Positions 36,301-49,745 of a stretch of DNA of 64,000 nucleotides are shown here, piece after piece. The first letter of the stretch is position 1. Each line of letters begins with the position of its first letter. The notes under the pieces were generated by a model. The model was not told where the DNA came from. It saw only the letters and a program-made list of their open reading frames with translations, and searched no databases. The position numbers were made by a program, and so were the translations under genes. Source of the stretch: Takakia lepidozioides (Eukaryota > Plantae > Bryophyta); the NCBI GenBank assembly GCA_030704615.1, contig CM060733.1, forward strand, positions 5,580,001 through 5,644,000, written 5' to 3'.

Positions 36301-39300
36301 CAGAATAGAGAAAGGTATGATATCCTCATTCACATTTGCTCGCCCCGGCTTGTCACAATACACACCCGACACTGCTTGGCCAGAGTGGAAACAGCTGGGG
36401 AAGAAACGGAAAGAAAGTTGTTACGTCCCAGGGACTCCCAGAGGGCCCCAGAAGATATGAAATGGTGCTTTATAATGTCCACGGAAAGCTCACAGAGCTT
36501 ATGGGACTAAATGGAAGAAAACATGAGAGAGGAAACAAAACCAGAGCCACAGATAAAAACTATTGCTCAAGTGATTGTCTAAGGGTGAGTGCCTCGTGCA
36601 GGTAAGGTGCCAAGCATTTCTGATCCTCATAGTGGAAGACTTAAGTGAGAGATTGGGTTCCAAGGAATAGACAGTGGAATCTCCCAGGGATCTCATAGTA
36701 TAGAGGGAAATAGAAGAAGTGTTCTTCAGGAAATAAACTGGGGGGACTTGATAACGCCCGCAGAAAGCTCAAAGGGCTTATTGGAGAGAGACAAAATGAA
36801 ACAAGGATGAGAGAGGGGCCTTCCACAAGCAGCCCAAAAACAATGAACAAATGACATGAAATGAAGTAAAATGTTATAATGTTCGCAGGAAGCTCAAAAG
36901 AGCATACGGGACCAAAGAAAGCCAGATACAAGAAAGAAAGTGAGACCCTTAACAAGCAGCCCAAAGACTACAATTGAACATCAGCTTATAAGGTCCACAC
37001 AGCTCTGAGAGCGAGCAGAAACATTAAACCAACCTTACTGCACAAAAGGATGGAAAACTTTCTAACATCCTTAGGTGGATCCTTGTGACTATTGGACCCA
37101 CAAAATGAATAATAAGCAGAGGTAAATGGACCAACGTATGTGGAACACCCTGTACCTGAAATCTCGCACCCTTAGAAGACAGGGGCATGTACACCAATCC
37201 TTTCCCATCTTGCATCTCTGCATTCATCAGCAGGAAGTGTGCAGATACAGACAATCACTAGCAACAGAGGAGCACACAGAATTGTGGAAAGTGTTTGGAG
37301 ATGACCTCACAACATATAAGCATTTCAGCAGACCCAATTGCTATGTGGGATTGCAAATGCAAGGGAGTACCTGATACTTTTTGACGGCTAAATATGGCAG
37401 ATGTCTATCACATCAACTTAAGTGAAACAAGGGCTGCTCTTTTGAGTGATTACTTTTTCCCTGCTACTTACCACTCACAAGATCTTGATACTCTTCGACA
37501 TTAGCCATAAGCTGTACCAGCCGGGCATTATCAGCCCAGATCTGCTCCATCCTCTCCTGCACTCACAAAGGCACCTCTATATGCTCAAATTGAAAGAAAA
37601 TTGGTCAGTTTTGTCATAGTTGTAACCCACTGTTGGCAGGTGCATTGTTGCGAGATACTGGCTCTCCTTCCCCAAGCTGAGCTCTCTACACACACATTGA
37701 AAGATTACAAACGAGTGCTTCTTTAGTTGCTTTCTGCTGCAAACCTCAAAACACGACCTGTAATTACACAGTATCTGTGGATGGTCCACAACGAAGGGTC
37801 AGATTTTTCAAAGCACCTCGACATATTGCAGTTTCTGTTAATACAAATCATTTATGCTTCCCATGTGTTTGATTTCACCTGAGTTTCAGGAAGTATAGAG
37901 GTCAAACTTCTAGCGTGCACTGCTCTGACTACCAATAATCCCAAGTTTCTCTTATGTTACTGTTACCAATTGTGTAATTCTAACCTGTTGCTCACGGAGA
38001 TCAGCACATGCGCCCGAAAGCTCCTCAATTTCCTTGGTGGTTGCATGAAGCTCCTTGGTGGTCATTTGACATATGCTCGTCTACCCCAACCAGCCTAAGC
38101 TTCAATGCTAGGAAATATCCACGTATGGAGCCCTAGACACTAAGAGAACCATCATCATTACAAAAAGTACAAACCTGGAAGCACCAGACGATTCCACCAG
38201 GGTTCTGTGAGTGCTGCAGGGCTCTCTGGCAGGCAAGGAGAACTAAACTGGGAGGAGGTAGGAGAGCAATAGTGTGACAAGAAGAAAGAAAAGCCAAATA
38301 CATTCAGAGTGGGGGAGGGCAGGAGGCCTGGGGCATTCTTTATAAATGTCCGTTAAGAAGTTACACAGCCTTCTACTTTATAACAAGTTAGTGTAATACT
38401 GTATGACCTTTACTGCTTTCATGTAATTAAGAGATGAAGGCACATGAAACCTCTTCCCGAATAAAGAGGCATCCACGGAAGTGGAAGTCTGCCAGGAGGA
38501 CTCTTAGTTTGCCTGGTTTTGATCTTAAAGTGACAAGAACCCAGTGACTGGACTCAATGTAGTCTGTGGGACACCATCACGGCTGCTCTAGGGATCAGTC
38601 TCTACTGATTGAATTGGTTGCAGTGGTTTGCATACTGCACCACATTTGCATGAAAACCTTCAACTACAATAATCACTATCTAATGTGTTGGACCACCACC
38701 AGACAAGAATGGAAGTTTACTGCGTTAATGAGAGCCACTGGACATCTATTATTTCCCCTGTCAAGAACGTGGTTCAAGACTGTCTCTCACCTGAGTTTCA
38801 AGCTGCTCCTCCAACACAGCTTCTCTGGTCTCCACCTGGCTTTCACCCAAAACCTACACTGCTTACAGATCAATGCATCTCTGCATATCTCCAGAGAGAG
38901 TAAAATGAATGGTTTGAAAGTTTCAAACTGTTCTCTAGAAGCTGCATTAGCAGGATCTAAATGAAAAGGGTATCAACCTTAGAGAGGTGCAGTTTGGTAA
39001 CCTCCAAGTCTTGCTGCAGCTTCTTGATCTTCTTGTCCTGCCATTCCCCATATAATAGAGAACTTTACACCCAACAACACTTTCAAGTGGAAGTTCAGTT
39101 CCACCAAAGTGACAAGGATTCAGAGATGGAAGCACTTCAAGGATTCATGTGAAAGTCATAAGCGACAGGAATTCAGCTGAAAACTAGAACAGCGTCGAAG
39201 GCATTGGCAAGGTTTGGCTTTCTAAGAGGGGGCATCTGATCCCTCTCTACACTATGGCTCTCCAAGCAATGTCTGGGGTCCGTTGACAGGTTCTCCTCGT

Positions 39301-41834
39301 TCCATCATAGCGCTCTCTGGACCTCCTGTGGACATAAAAAACTTCTTCTGTCCACACTAAGAATCTCCTGCTGACTAAGAACTATATGCGCTAAGAAAAT
39401 ATGGAGTACAGACTGTGAGGACAACAAGACACTTGAGAACTGTAATGCATGATAGACCAGGCCAACCCATGGTTATTACTGGACACCGTGACATTCAAGC
39501 TTTTCTGCTTCTTTTAGTGAAGTGGAAGTCTCTTATCGACCCCCTTGCCAGAGCTTAGTCACCCTACGGACCCTGTAGCCCCCCCATCCACTATGAATCA
39601 GGAAAACCTCAAGAAAACACTGCAAAGATGAAGCAGTGTAGAGAGAACCTGAAGGGCGGCACGTTGTTGGTGCAGGCTCAACCGTTCATCCATCCTTGCT
39701 TGCTCCTTAGTAAAATAGTGCAGAGAATCAGTCTAGTGATGCAGCAAACAGAAGATTCTACATGATTGAACCCATAGCAGAAACTGAAGCTGATGGATGC
39801 ATTGGGCTTCAATGAGCAAAGTAGAAAGTCTTCAGCATGTGACTCAACATCACGCACTGTGTAGTCAATAGCATGAAGGTCACATGCCATCAAACATGGA
39901 GTAGTCACAGATGCTTCAAGAAAATTAATTCTGAAGGCTGATTATCTGTGGATTTCTCCAAATTTCCCCAGCACCTGATTACTGACCAGGTCCAATTTAA
40001 TTGACAGCAGTTTACTAAGTGTTCAGAACCTCAATTTAGCTCTTGCTCCATCTCCGTTCAAACTTGGTCAAAGTGCTAGCTTGTCCACATGTTCTTACTT
40101 AGCTTGGTCCAAGAATTTAGTTCACAGGCTGTCTTATCAGTCACATGAAGGTCTTTTATGGTGAATGTCTAACAGGAAGTAAACACTCAGAATACTGACC
40201 TCCTTGAAGTCACTTTCACGCTCTTGCAAGGTGGTCTGAAGAAGTCGTACTCTGTTTCCAAGCACACCACCCACCTCAGACACACAATTGTTCGACAAAG
40301 CTGTCATCTTATCCATTATGTTGTTTAGGTTCTCACCTGGTCTCCAGCTTCTGGCTAGTGTCAAGCTGATTTTTTATGAAGTCAGCCTGCTCCTCTGCAA
40401 TCAAGGTGCATGTCGCCATTTTCCCCTCCAACATCTGCCATGCTCAGACATCCCTTGTAACTTCAAATGCTAGAAGAAAATCATTTCTTGACAAGCCCTA
40501 GTACAAGAAGTCTCCCAGTGGATGCTGCGAGGAGCCTGTGGCAACCCCTGTGCTCAGTGGAGCCCCCCCCCCCCCCTCAATCCCCTTTGAGCAGCTCTTT
40601 TAGACAAAGGCCACACAAGAAGCAGTACGAACCGTAATGTCAAGCACATAATTGTCACGCTCCTCTCGAAGAGACTTCATTTGCGATTCACTGCAAGGTA
40701 CACAGAGTGTCAAGTTCCATGCTACTTCATACATTCTGAAACAAATAAAGTATAGGCTGATTGTGGATGGTCCTAAAATAGGCTTAAAGCATCCACTTGT
40801 CTTTCCAAACTTCTCAAAGAATTATTGACATGATGGTATAGCATGAAGCCTGTCAATTCATAGCCTGAGAGGGAGGCTGACCAAAAGAGAAGGCGTTCCT
40901 TCAAATCCACTGCCAGTTTGTGCATATGTTTGGCTTTTGCAGAATCATCATCCCTGGTCTGCAGCAAGACCAAGTAAGTGACCAAGTTACTCCTCATCTC
41001 ACCCATGGAATCAGATGCGTCTTCTGGTCGCTTCCTGCAACAGAGACATGATGACTGACTCCACTCCATCTCCCAATTGAAACAGCAACCAAAGAGTTGA
41101 TACTAAAGAGCTTGGGCACCAAAAAAGTTCAATTTGTCACAGACAGAATGGGATGGCACCTTCGCTATCAGTGCATCAGCAAGCGAAGTCTGAAGCAAAC
41201 TCAGAGACAGTGACCTCTCCTTCAGATCTTCTTTTGTAACTTTCAGTAGCCCCATCAGTCGGACTCTCTCCTTTTTCCAGGTTGCAGCCTGCAGTGCCCA
41301 CATGTTGTTCACATTCGACTCCATTGGGCACCCACATACCAAACCAGATCAACTGGGCAGACATTTGGGAGCTCAAATAGAGAGCAATAGCAGACAATAG
41401 AAGTTGATCGGAGCTGTGAGTAGGGAAGAAGACGGGAAGGGGGAAAGTTCAGAGCTTTTGGTAACAAAAGCCTAAACAAATACACAAAGGTACTACTAGT
41501 GTAAGAGCATCAGACTCTCCCTACACGAAGACTGCTTGGCAGGCGAGAACAAAGACTTGTTGATAATCACGAATTAAAATTGGACAACTCTACAGCACAT
41601 TGGGGGATCGAATTTAATAAGTTCAGTGTGAGCCCTTACGAACTTCCGTATCGACAAACTAATATCGGCGGAAGATGGGAAATTTTCAATCGAAAATCAA
41701 TCCTACGGAATCCAAGTCAGCTGCAACAACAAGCGGGCACTCACCTCGGTGTAGAGTCTGTTGAGGCTCTCCTCGTATGACAAGGCGTCGTCCATGACAG
41801 CTAGCGTTCCTGGAGGACTCTCACTGGGATCCAT
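29000..41834 (-). CDS. Long multi-exon gene for an uncharacterised coiled-coil protein, possibly degenerating; 3' end uncertain
   Basis: Exon 41834-41745 MDPSESPPGTLAVMDDALSYEESLNRLYTE|GTGAGT; 41288-41160 AATWKKERVRLMGLLKVTKEDLKERSLSLSLLQTSLADALIAK; further short GT-AG-bounded, E/K/L/Q-rich exons near 40900, 40660 (ESQMKSLREERDNYVLDIT), 40370, 40230, 39020, 38020, 37200, 35800, 35340 and 31300-31630. Some candidate exons contain stops. Confidence 0.5.
32290..34670 (-). mobile_element. 5'-truncated, degenerate non-LTR retrotransposon (LINE ORF2: reverse transcriptase plus C-terminal Cys/His finger), intronic
   Basis: KAGGPDGI, AGFRRNRGCVDHIFTL, FLDVKKAYDTVWR, GVAQGCTLSPLLFNVF, LMFADDF and CLLCGQPEDNIHFLIHC, spread over several frames with stops. 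Confidence 0.93.
36459..36960 (-). mobile_element. Stack of three LINE 3'-end remnants
   Basis: TATAA(T/C)G...G(A/G)AAGCTCA motif recurs at ~36470, 36750 and 36875. Minus-strand EEHFFYFPLYYEIPGRFHCLF; a (GAAAT)n tail is also seen at 34690-34712. Confidence 0.55.
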
Positions 41835-44800
41835 TTGTCCAGCTTGACAGGAAGAGAAGTCACTGCATCATCTCAATGCAGGAGCTGGAGTAGCCAAAAC
41901 AACAAGACATTCCTGGTTCAAATGAGAGGACAACCAACGAAACAATCCGGAATCTGTTTGAATTGCGGAAGGAGAGTCATTCTCTAACGAGATTGCTGAA
42001 AACCTAGGAGCTGGAGAGATCCAGCAAGAGAGAGATTGCAGAGCGCAGACAGGGCATGGACGTGTTGTAGATTTCCCGTTGCGAAGAACGGTTAGGTCGT
42101 TAAGACTTCAACGGGAATGGCACCCCACGTGGCGCACCATTCAGCAGAAAATCCTTTTTCTCTCTTTTTCTTTTGTTTTTCTTTTTTTCAATATTTGGAA
42201 GGAGTACTTCTTAAAGTTCAAATGCTTACTAGTAAGTTTGGTATCAGCCTGTATCAGGCACCTTATCAGAGGTTATTTTTTTCTTCTTTGTATCTCTGGG
42301 ACGTTTGGGTCCATTATCTTACTGCCCCTCTTCTCAAAAAAAAAAAAAAAAGTACCCGTCTACTTAAAATTAACAAGAAAATAATTATCCTTGCAAAGTG
42401 ACAAGCATGGTTTGATTTATGTGTATAAGACATTGTTGGTTTGGTGTGTTTGTCCAAGTGGCATCCAATTGTGAACCATCACTATAAGGGTATGGTGTCT
42501 CTTCATCCTCAAAAGCTAGTGCCTTCTGGCATGAAAGTGGACACTTTGTGAAGCCAATCGATGTGAGGTGGTATGTGCCAGTGTTGGGAGGTATATGGGT
42601 ACGTAGAGGGTATCAATGATGACTCACATGGAGATGATGATGTGGTGATACCCTATTCCTGCTCTACACTAAAACTAGTCTATGACCTTTAGTTGTCCCT
42701 AGAACTAGGGCTACGTGTTGCTACGCACTACTACTGACGACTTCTGAGAAGAATGTATTCAAATTTTACAAACAGTTCAACGTTTCTAAGTGTTTTTTTG
42801 CCACATTAAGGTAGCATCAGTTTTTTGAGCTTGTTGAGAAAAATGGATACTCTAGATCAACCAGCAGGTATGAGAGTTGACTCCACTTCATTTTATGGCT
42901 ACTACTTCTATCAAGAGTGGGTCCTATAAAAGATTTTTTTAAATCAAAATCTTCCAAGTAGATCTAAAATATTCAAACATAGAGACTACATGGAATCCAG
43001 ATGTACATTCATCTAATATCTATCAAACAATTGGTTGATGTGTACTTATAATAAACAAATATATTTGTATTTTTTGTCCAAAATATAGACTGGAGACAAA
43101 AATCCAACATTAAAGAGTCTTGATATTTCATTAGCTATTGCGAATATATATATATGTATATAATTGTGATCTGTTAGTAAATTGAAACCAAACAAAACCA
43201 AAGAATTGAATTTGTGAGCGTTTCAAAAACCGGGCATACCATTGAGTTATGTTTGGTGGTTTATCATAATTAATATATAGAAGTGCTGTAACATTTACAT
43301 TGAATGTGTGGAGAAATAAGAGAAAGGAAGAAAGTGATATCAAATTCACAAAATAAATTTTGAAAATAAGTTTTTTAATTTTTCTTCTTTTTGGGGCAGC
43401 TTAAAAAAATGACGATGATGATGTGGTTGAAGAAAAGAAGAAAGCGATATTTGCAAAAACAAATTTCAAAGTTCAGTTTTTTCCCTTAGGGCAGTCCAAA
43501 AAAAATGATGACGATGTTGTGGCTGACAACGACATGGCATTGTGTCACCCTATCCCTCCTCTACACTAAAACTGGTCTCCGACTTTCAGTCTTCACTAGA
43601 ATAAAATTGATTGAGTGTATTCATGTTAACCTTTAAATGTCGACGTGACCCATTTCGAGTCAAGTCACTTTTCATCCACAACATCACTTTTATGGATGAA
43701 ATTGGATGAATTCATGTCATGAACCTTTAAAATGTGCATGTTGTGAGACCTGCAAATTTGAAATTACAACGTGTGAAAATAAGAATCGGACATGATTTTT
43801 TGAAGGTGTAGGGGTACCTATTTTATGTGACCCGGACAATCAACCAATGTAATGAGCACATACCACCTCGGAAGTGGTTGCGGGTTCAATCCAAAAATTT
43901 GTGTAAAAAAGGTGTCCACTTTCTTACCGGAATGTAGTAGCCCTTTGTGGTCAAGAGATACCATATTTTAGGCTTTTTCAGGAGGTGTCATATATCAATT
44001 ATTATTATCTGGCCCATAAAAAAATACCCAACACGATTGATATGTGGCAACTGGGCAAGCGGTTCCATCTTGTGAATGCACTGCCCCAGGGGCTGAGGAG
44101 AAGAACTAGCATATGTGATGGGGTGCAAGGATTGGAAGTGTTTCACACTCCTACAAATTGGTGTGTTGTCATAGACCTCAATAGGTCTCATTTGGGTGGA
44201 TCGCAATTAACATCCAGTCATTGTAAAACTCTTACATTGGACTTAGGAAATATGTTGTAAGAGGACGAGACCTAGAAGAATTGCATGTATATGAGGGTGA
44301 TTCAACATATCATGAGGAAGATCATGAGGAGGTCTGGAAAAATGCAAATATCGATATTGATGTGCAAGCGAGTGACACAAATCCTTCTTTTGCCAAATTG
44401 TTTGCGCTTTCACAAGTGGGAGTGCAAAGACTCCACGATAGACTTGCATTTGTAGGGTTGCCTACACCGGGCCAACTTTCCCAAACATGATGGGTGCCAA
44501 TGCCATTTCATTTTCTCATCTATTTTGGAGGTTAGGTGGAGTGGGATGACATACAAAGAACGTCCAGTGGCGGCTTCATTCACATTTTCAGTTTCCAACA
44601 ACGGACCAAATTTACAATGACGTGGTCCACCAAAATGTTGTTAGCTCCAACAACATTTAGTCTGGTTTGGTAATATAAAACTTATCTACAAAATATCTAA
44701 AATCTAATTTGCTAAATTGATCAAAACTGAAAAAATTTCAGCAATGCAATGTGCATTGTACATTACATTGAATAGACGAAAATTTCACATACAAAGCAAA

Positions 44801-46105
44801 CCCCCTTAAATTCTTTTAGTTTGGGTTGATATTTTGAGACAACACCTAATAGGTGACACAGAGTTGAATGTGGAACATGAAAAATCCAAGTCTCAGCAAA
44901 AATACTTGGTCAAATCAAACTTTGGAAGGAAGTTTGGAATCCACTTGGAAAATTCATTGGTCCTTGTTTTCATTATTATCAGCCTAATGCAATAGGGAAA
45001 TTTGCCAAAAGTTTGTGAGCACATGGATGCAACACCACGGAATTACATTACATACAATGCTATTCTAATTATAGCCGAGAAATAAACAATTATATTTAGG
45101 AAAAGCCTCGTTTTCATAAGAGTTTTCAGTTTACGAAACCTCATTCTAGAATCAATGCATACTTTGTGCCATTCTTGATGGCGCTTCCCTGATTTTTTAG
45201 GCCATATAATGCATTTTTGGATATCAGCTTGTGTACTTTTGATTACGGGCTTCGGGAATATTTCGGCAACACAAACCCCACATGTACAGTAAAATCTTTC
45301 TTTCTGACTTTATGAGTGGTTGTCAAACTGGGGCCAGAGTGCTGGAATGCTGCATTTTCCTAAATGTAGTAGTCACAGCGTAGTATTCAATGTTTATGAG
45401 TACATCTCTTCACCATTGATACCTAATATCTTCATGTGTAGTCAATGCCAACTATACTCTCAGTTCTTAAACATATCTAATGTTGGGGTTGTTAACTTGG
45501 TTTTTGACGCAGGTATCCTGACACACTAGACACTCCAAACGTAGACCGGTATCCTGACACTCTTTCCCTACCTCTCTTTCCATTTCTGTTCTGTCAAAGA
45601 GGTTGGGTGCACTTGGGTTGTTGCTACTGGGCTCTGTTGCAATGGTAATGACATAAAACAAAATACACATCCTCTCTTTGGTACCTTACAGTTCTGGAAA
45701 AGTATTTGTCTGTTGTAAAAGGATTTGGTCATGACCAGTTGCAACACATGACCTCGGACTACACACCCCACAAGATTTTTGGACGCACAGTTGCTCGGGT
45801 TGTGATTGCACCAATTGCTGGAGTGTTTGGGTGCTGAGGCAATGTAATAGACATAATGTAAATTTTAGGAGAGCCCCTAGTTATGTTTGTGTAGGCAACC
45901 TAGGCCAATTCCCCGTAGAACCCGTAGAAGACGCGATCTTCCCCCAGTAGACCCCCTACTCCTCTTGACCGCCTTCGTGTTCCCCCCTGTGGCCCCCTTG
46001 GACATTGCTACCCCTCCTGCCACCGGCGATTCGATCATTGCCAAGATTGCTAATTTCGACCATACAAAAGTCAAGAATTGGAGCACTCGATTCTCCCACT
46101 AGACT

Positions 46106-46410
46106 GAGAACGTTGGCAGTAGACCATGGACTGTCCCAGAAGTTTTCAATTTCAATGAAGACAATGACTAGCTACCAACCCGCTTCTATGCCTTCAAAAT
46201 TGACGTTTATATCTTTGGAATCGTGTACTATGAGTTGCTCAGCGGGAAGGTGCTTTTCGAGGATAGAGGTCATCTTCCGGCTCATGTGAAGGCCAGGGAA
46301 CGACTGCAGCTGCCTAAGGAAACCCCAACGAGATTGGCTGTTCTCATTCGACATTGTTGGGATAAGAATCCTTGCCTACACCCTGATTTCTCTGCAATAT
46401 GCCCATTGAG
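46106..46410 (+). pseudogene. Protein kinase fragment (subdomains VIII-XI, Raf-like/TKL type) with an in-frame stop
   Basis: NVGSRPWTVPEVF...ND*LPTRFYAFKIDVYIFGIVYYELLSGKVLF...LIRHCWDKNPCLHPDFSAIC; no N-lobe or catalytic loop upstream. Confidence 0.8.
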
Positions 46411-47176
46411 AATTGGTATGGATTTTATATTGATGAAGCATGCAATGAATATGCAGCATCCACCACGCGAAGATCAAACAACTTCAATGCTATTGCTAAG
46501 CCATTAGGAAGTTCCCTTTCCACCACATTTCTATACTTCCCAATGCTAATGACCCAACTGGTAAGGCCAATATCTTGCAAGTGGTATTGTGTCAAACGAG
46601 CAAACTCCTCGATACCAAAAAAACCTGTAGCAAAATCGGACAAATCCACCTCCGTGGAGATTAACCTTTTCTTCCCTTTCTCAATAGCTCTCATTGTCAC
46701 TTTTGGAATCAATGGGGATTTGAGAGTCCGTCCTCTTGAGCTCTTCTTAATTAGTGGGGGTACTTGCAAATCATAACCTGTTGTTGAAGTGTGTTCTATG
46801 GTTTAAAAACAGTGCTATAGGATACGTGCTTTTGCTAGAGATTGTATGGATGGATGTAGTGCTCGAATTTACCAGAATCTCTTATATGTTAAGATAGATG
46901 CAGTATTGAACCTATGTTGAGATGTTTGACCAGATGCATATTTCGGAAACAGGTCGAACTGTGGTAAAGAAACCCTGATAGAAGAGGTGTACAAAAAATG
47001 CAGTACAAGGTTCAACCATGCCACGACAAAAGTTCAATGTGTCTAAGGTGATTGAACATGAAAATGATACCGATATCGATATCGATATAATCGGTAAATG
47101 TCCTATGACGGGACACCTCCCGTCCTCCATTGCCGATTCCCAAGTGATTAGTAGCAGACAAGACACACTACAGATA

Positions 47177-47555
47177 CCCAAGTGATTAGTAACATTCATT
47201 ATGGGACATTTCGGGGTGCAGCCAAATAGTTACAGAAGGTCACACAAGTCTTTATGTTACACACTGGCGATGTAATCTAAAATCTTATGTGGCCTTCATG
47301 TAATTCTTGGCATGCACAAGCCTGAATAGTTCTTGCTTACGATGATGGGCGGAAAGTGTGAGTAGGCAGAAGTCCATTGAACATCCTAAGTGATTAGTAA
47401 CAACCCAAGTGATTAGTAACCTTCATTACAGGATATTTCGGAGAGTGCATCCAAATACTTTCAGAGGGTCACACAAGACTTTATATTACACACTGGCAAT
47501 GTAATCTAAAATCTTGTGTTGCCTTCATGAAAGTCTTGCTATGCACAAGCCTGAA
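47177..47555 (+). repeat. Diverged tandem duplication, period ~227 bp
   Basis: CCCAAGTGATTAGTAAC...GTCACACAAG...TGTAATCTAAAATCTT...TGCACAAGCCTGAA at 47177 and 47404. Confidence 0.85.
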
Positions 47556-49344
47556 ATGTGTTTGCATCAATGCATAAAATTATGATGGGTTGAGAGGGTG
47601 AGATGGCGGAAGTTCCTATTTATTCTAATTAAACTACATCGTTCGACAAGTGATCTCCCGTCGTCCTTCGACGGGAGGCCTCCCGTCCTCCTTTGACCAT
47701 TAACATCTTTGTGTTGGGACTGCCCAGTTACTGAAAGTTACCAACCGGTTAATTTTTTATCCATCAGGAATCGAACTATAGGGTGTTGGAAGTAACGCAC
47801 CCTGGTCGTATGGTCTCAGCAAGAGCCTCTGCTGAGAAATCCTTCAACCTTATCAGACTGCTGCGTTCAAAGGTTTCCGCCGAACAGGCGCAATCCTCCT
47901 CGGAGTCTGAGGGTAGGGGCGAGGGATCTGCTGGGGGTGAGGGTATTGTGGAGTCTTCACCATTTACACACGCTCGTTCTGAAAGAAGTCAAGGTCGCCA
48001 GGAGAGGTCACAAATGTCCCGCGACACCAACTCTTGAAAGGATTTACTAACACAACCAGATACAGTCGGAAATAGACTTGTGCACTTGGAGGAAGATGAA
48101 GATGACAGTGAGATTGAATCCAACGGCGTGCGTCAGAGCCCAATGTTTCAGAACCCATTTATCCACCATTTGACTGGAGTGCATATATGCGACGTGGAGT
48201 CAGAAAATATTTCGCCAGACGGGCAAGCCAGAGGCTGGCGGACGACGGGCGGTACGCTTCAGTTCTCCCTGGAACCAATATCCTCAAGGCCCCCGAATAT
48301 CTCAACTTTTCAGCTGTATAATCCTTAGATCGATGTAAGAGTGCAAGGCAACACGGGCATGCACAGGGAGATTATCAATATTGATGAGGACAAAGTGGTC
48401 AACAGGGTTGAGTCAGCATTTCATTATGGAGGGCCAACGAATGCCTCCATTGACTTTACTTCCCAAGTCCAATATACCGGTGGGGATAGGCTTCTTGCGA
48501 TGTCGGACTTTTCTGAGATGACACCCAACCAAGTGGACTTCGTTCTATCCGCAGACCTTATCACGGGAGGTCTCCCGTTCTCTAGGGCTCGGCGGCCGGC
48601 ACTGCAACCATGCTTGTCGTCATCTCCTGGTGGAACACCGGTCCCCACAATCACTCCAACTTTTTTACGTCCACAAGACCTCCCAGTAACCGAGGACATC
48701 ACATCTGCAGGAACCACACCAGTCGCCGAACAAGACGATGGATATTTGAGGCAATCACAGCTGTCTATAGTGGAGAACCTCACCTAGTCCCAGACCCAGA
48801 CAAGGACAATTGAAACAGAGCTTCCCACTCCACAACTACTTCATGGTGTTAGCAATACATAGCTCATTGTCACTCCTGCCAATCCATTGCCGGCACAATT
48901 CCCCATAACCGAGGACATCACATCTGTTGGAAACACACAAAATCTCGTTCGAAACCCTGACACTTTAAGGCAATCACAGCTGTCCACCATCGACCACATC
49001 CCACAGATGCAGACATTGGAAACGGAGCTCCATATTGGTGTTAGCATGGACGCCGCCTAAGGAATGCTCACAGATGGTGTCATTGATGGGTTGAGGGCAA
49101 TTGTTGATGGCTACTGCACCCCTTCGACCGTTGGATTGTCTCCGGAGGATGTTGCCAGATGTTGTGGAGGTTCTATTGTTAATTCCTCTCCCTCAAGGGT
49201 GGGCATGGGAGGTCTCCCTTCCTCTTCTTTTGGGAATACCTCAGCACGAGAGACCTCCTGTACCAAAGAGGCGGGATATCTTCCGGGAAAGCAACAACGG
49301 GAGGTCTCCCGACATAGTAAAGCCGGGAGATCTCTCTGTATCCA

Positions 49345-49745
49345 AGTGTCGAGGCCCAAATGCGACCTCTAGGGTAGCATATGCCGTGGGCCCAAGTGTC
49401 AAGTATCATCTAAATCCAAGTGTAAGATCTTCTATGTCTCCTAGTGCGTCTCCTATGTTGAGGCCCAAGCGACCTCTAGGATAGCCTGTACATTTGGCCC
49501 ATGTGTGAAGAATTGAAAATCGAAGACAAAGTGCAATTTCCTATGTATCCAATGCGTCTCTTATGTCGAGGCCCAAATGCGACCTCTAGGGTAGCCTGTG
49601 CCGTTGGCCCAAGTGTCAAGTGTCATCTAGGCCCAAGTGTCAAGTGTCATCTAAGCCCAAGTGCAATCTCCTATGTATGCAAGTGCGTCTTCTATGTCGA
49701 GGCCCAAGTGCGACCTCTAGGGTAGCCTTTGCCGTTGGCCCAAGG
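49345..49745 (+). repeat. Four-copy tandem array (period ~110-130 bp)
   Basis: TGTCGAGGCCCAA(A/G)TGCGACCTCTAGGGTAGC-like units at ~49347, 49456, 49564 and 49695, with nested GCCCAAGTGTCAAGTGTCATCTA sub-repeats. Confidence 0.9.

Noticed and set aside
43780-45830. Decayed coding-like sequence (possible transposase zinc-finger remnants)
   Set aside because: Too many stops and no motif I can assign with confidence.
49345-49745. CRISPR-like repeat/spacer appearance
   Set aside because: Eukaryotic context, degenerate repeats, spacers related to each other and no cas genes; an ordinary tandem array.
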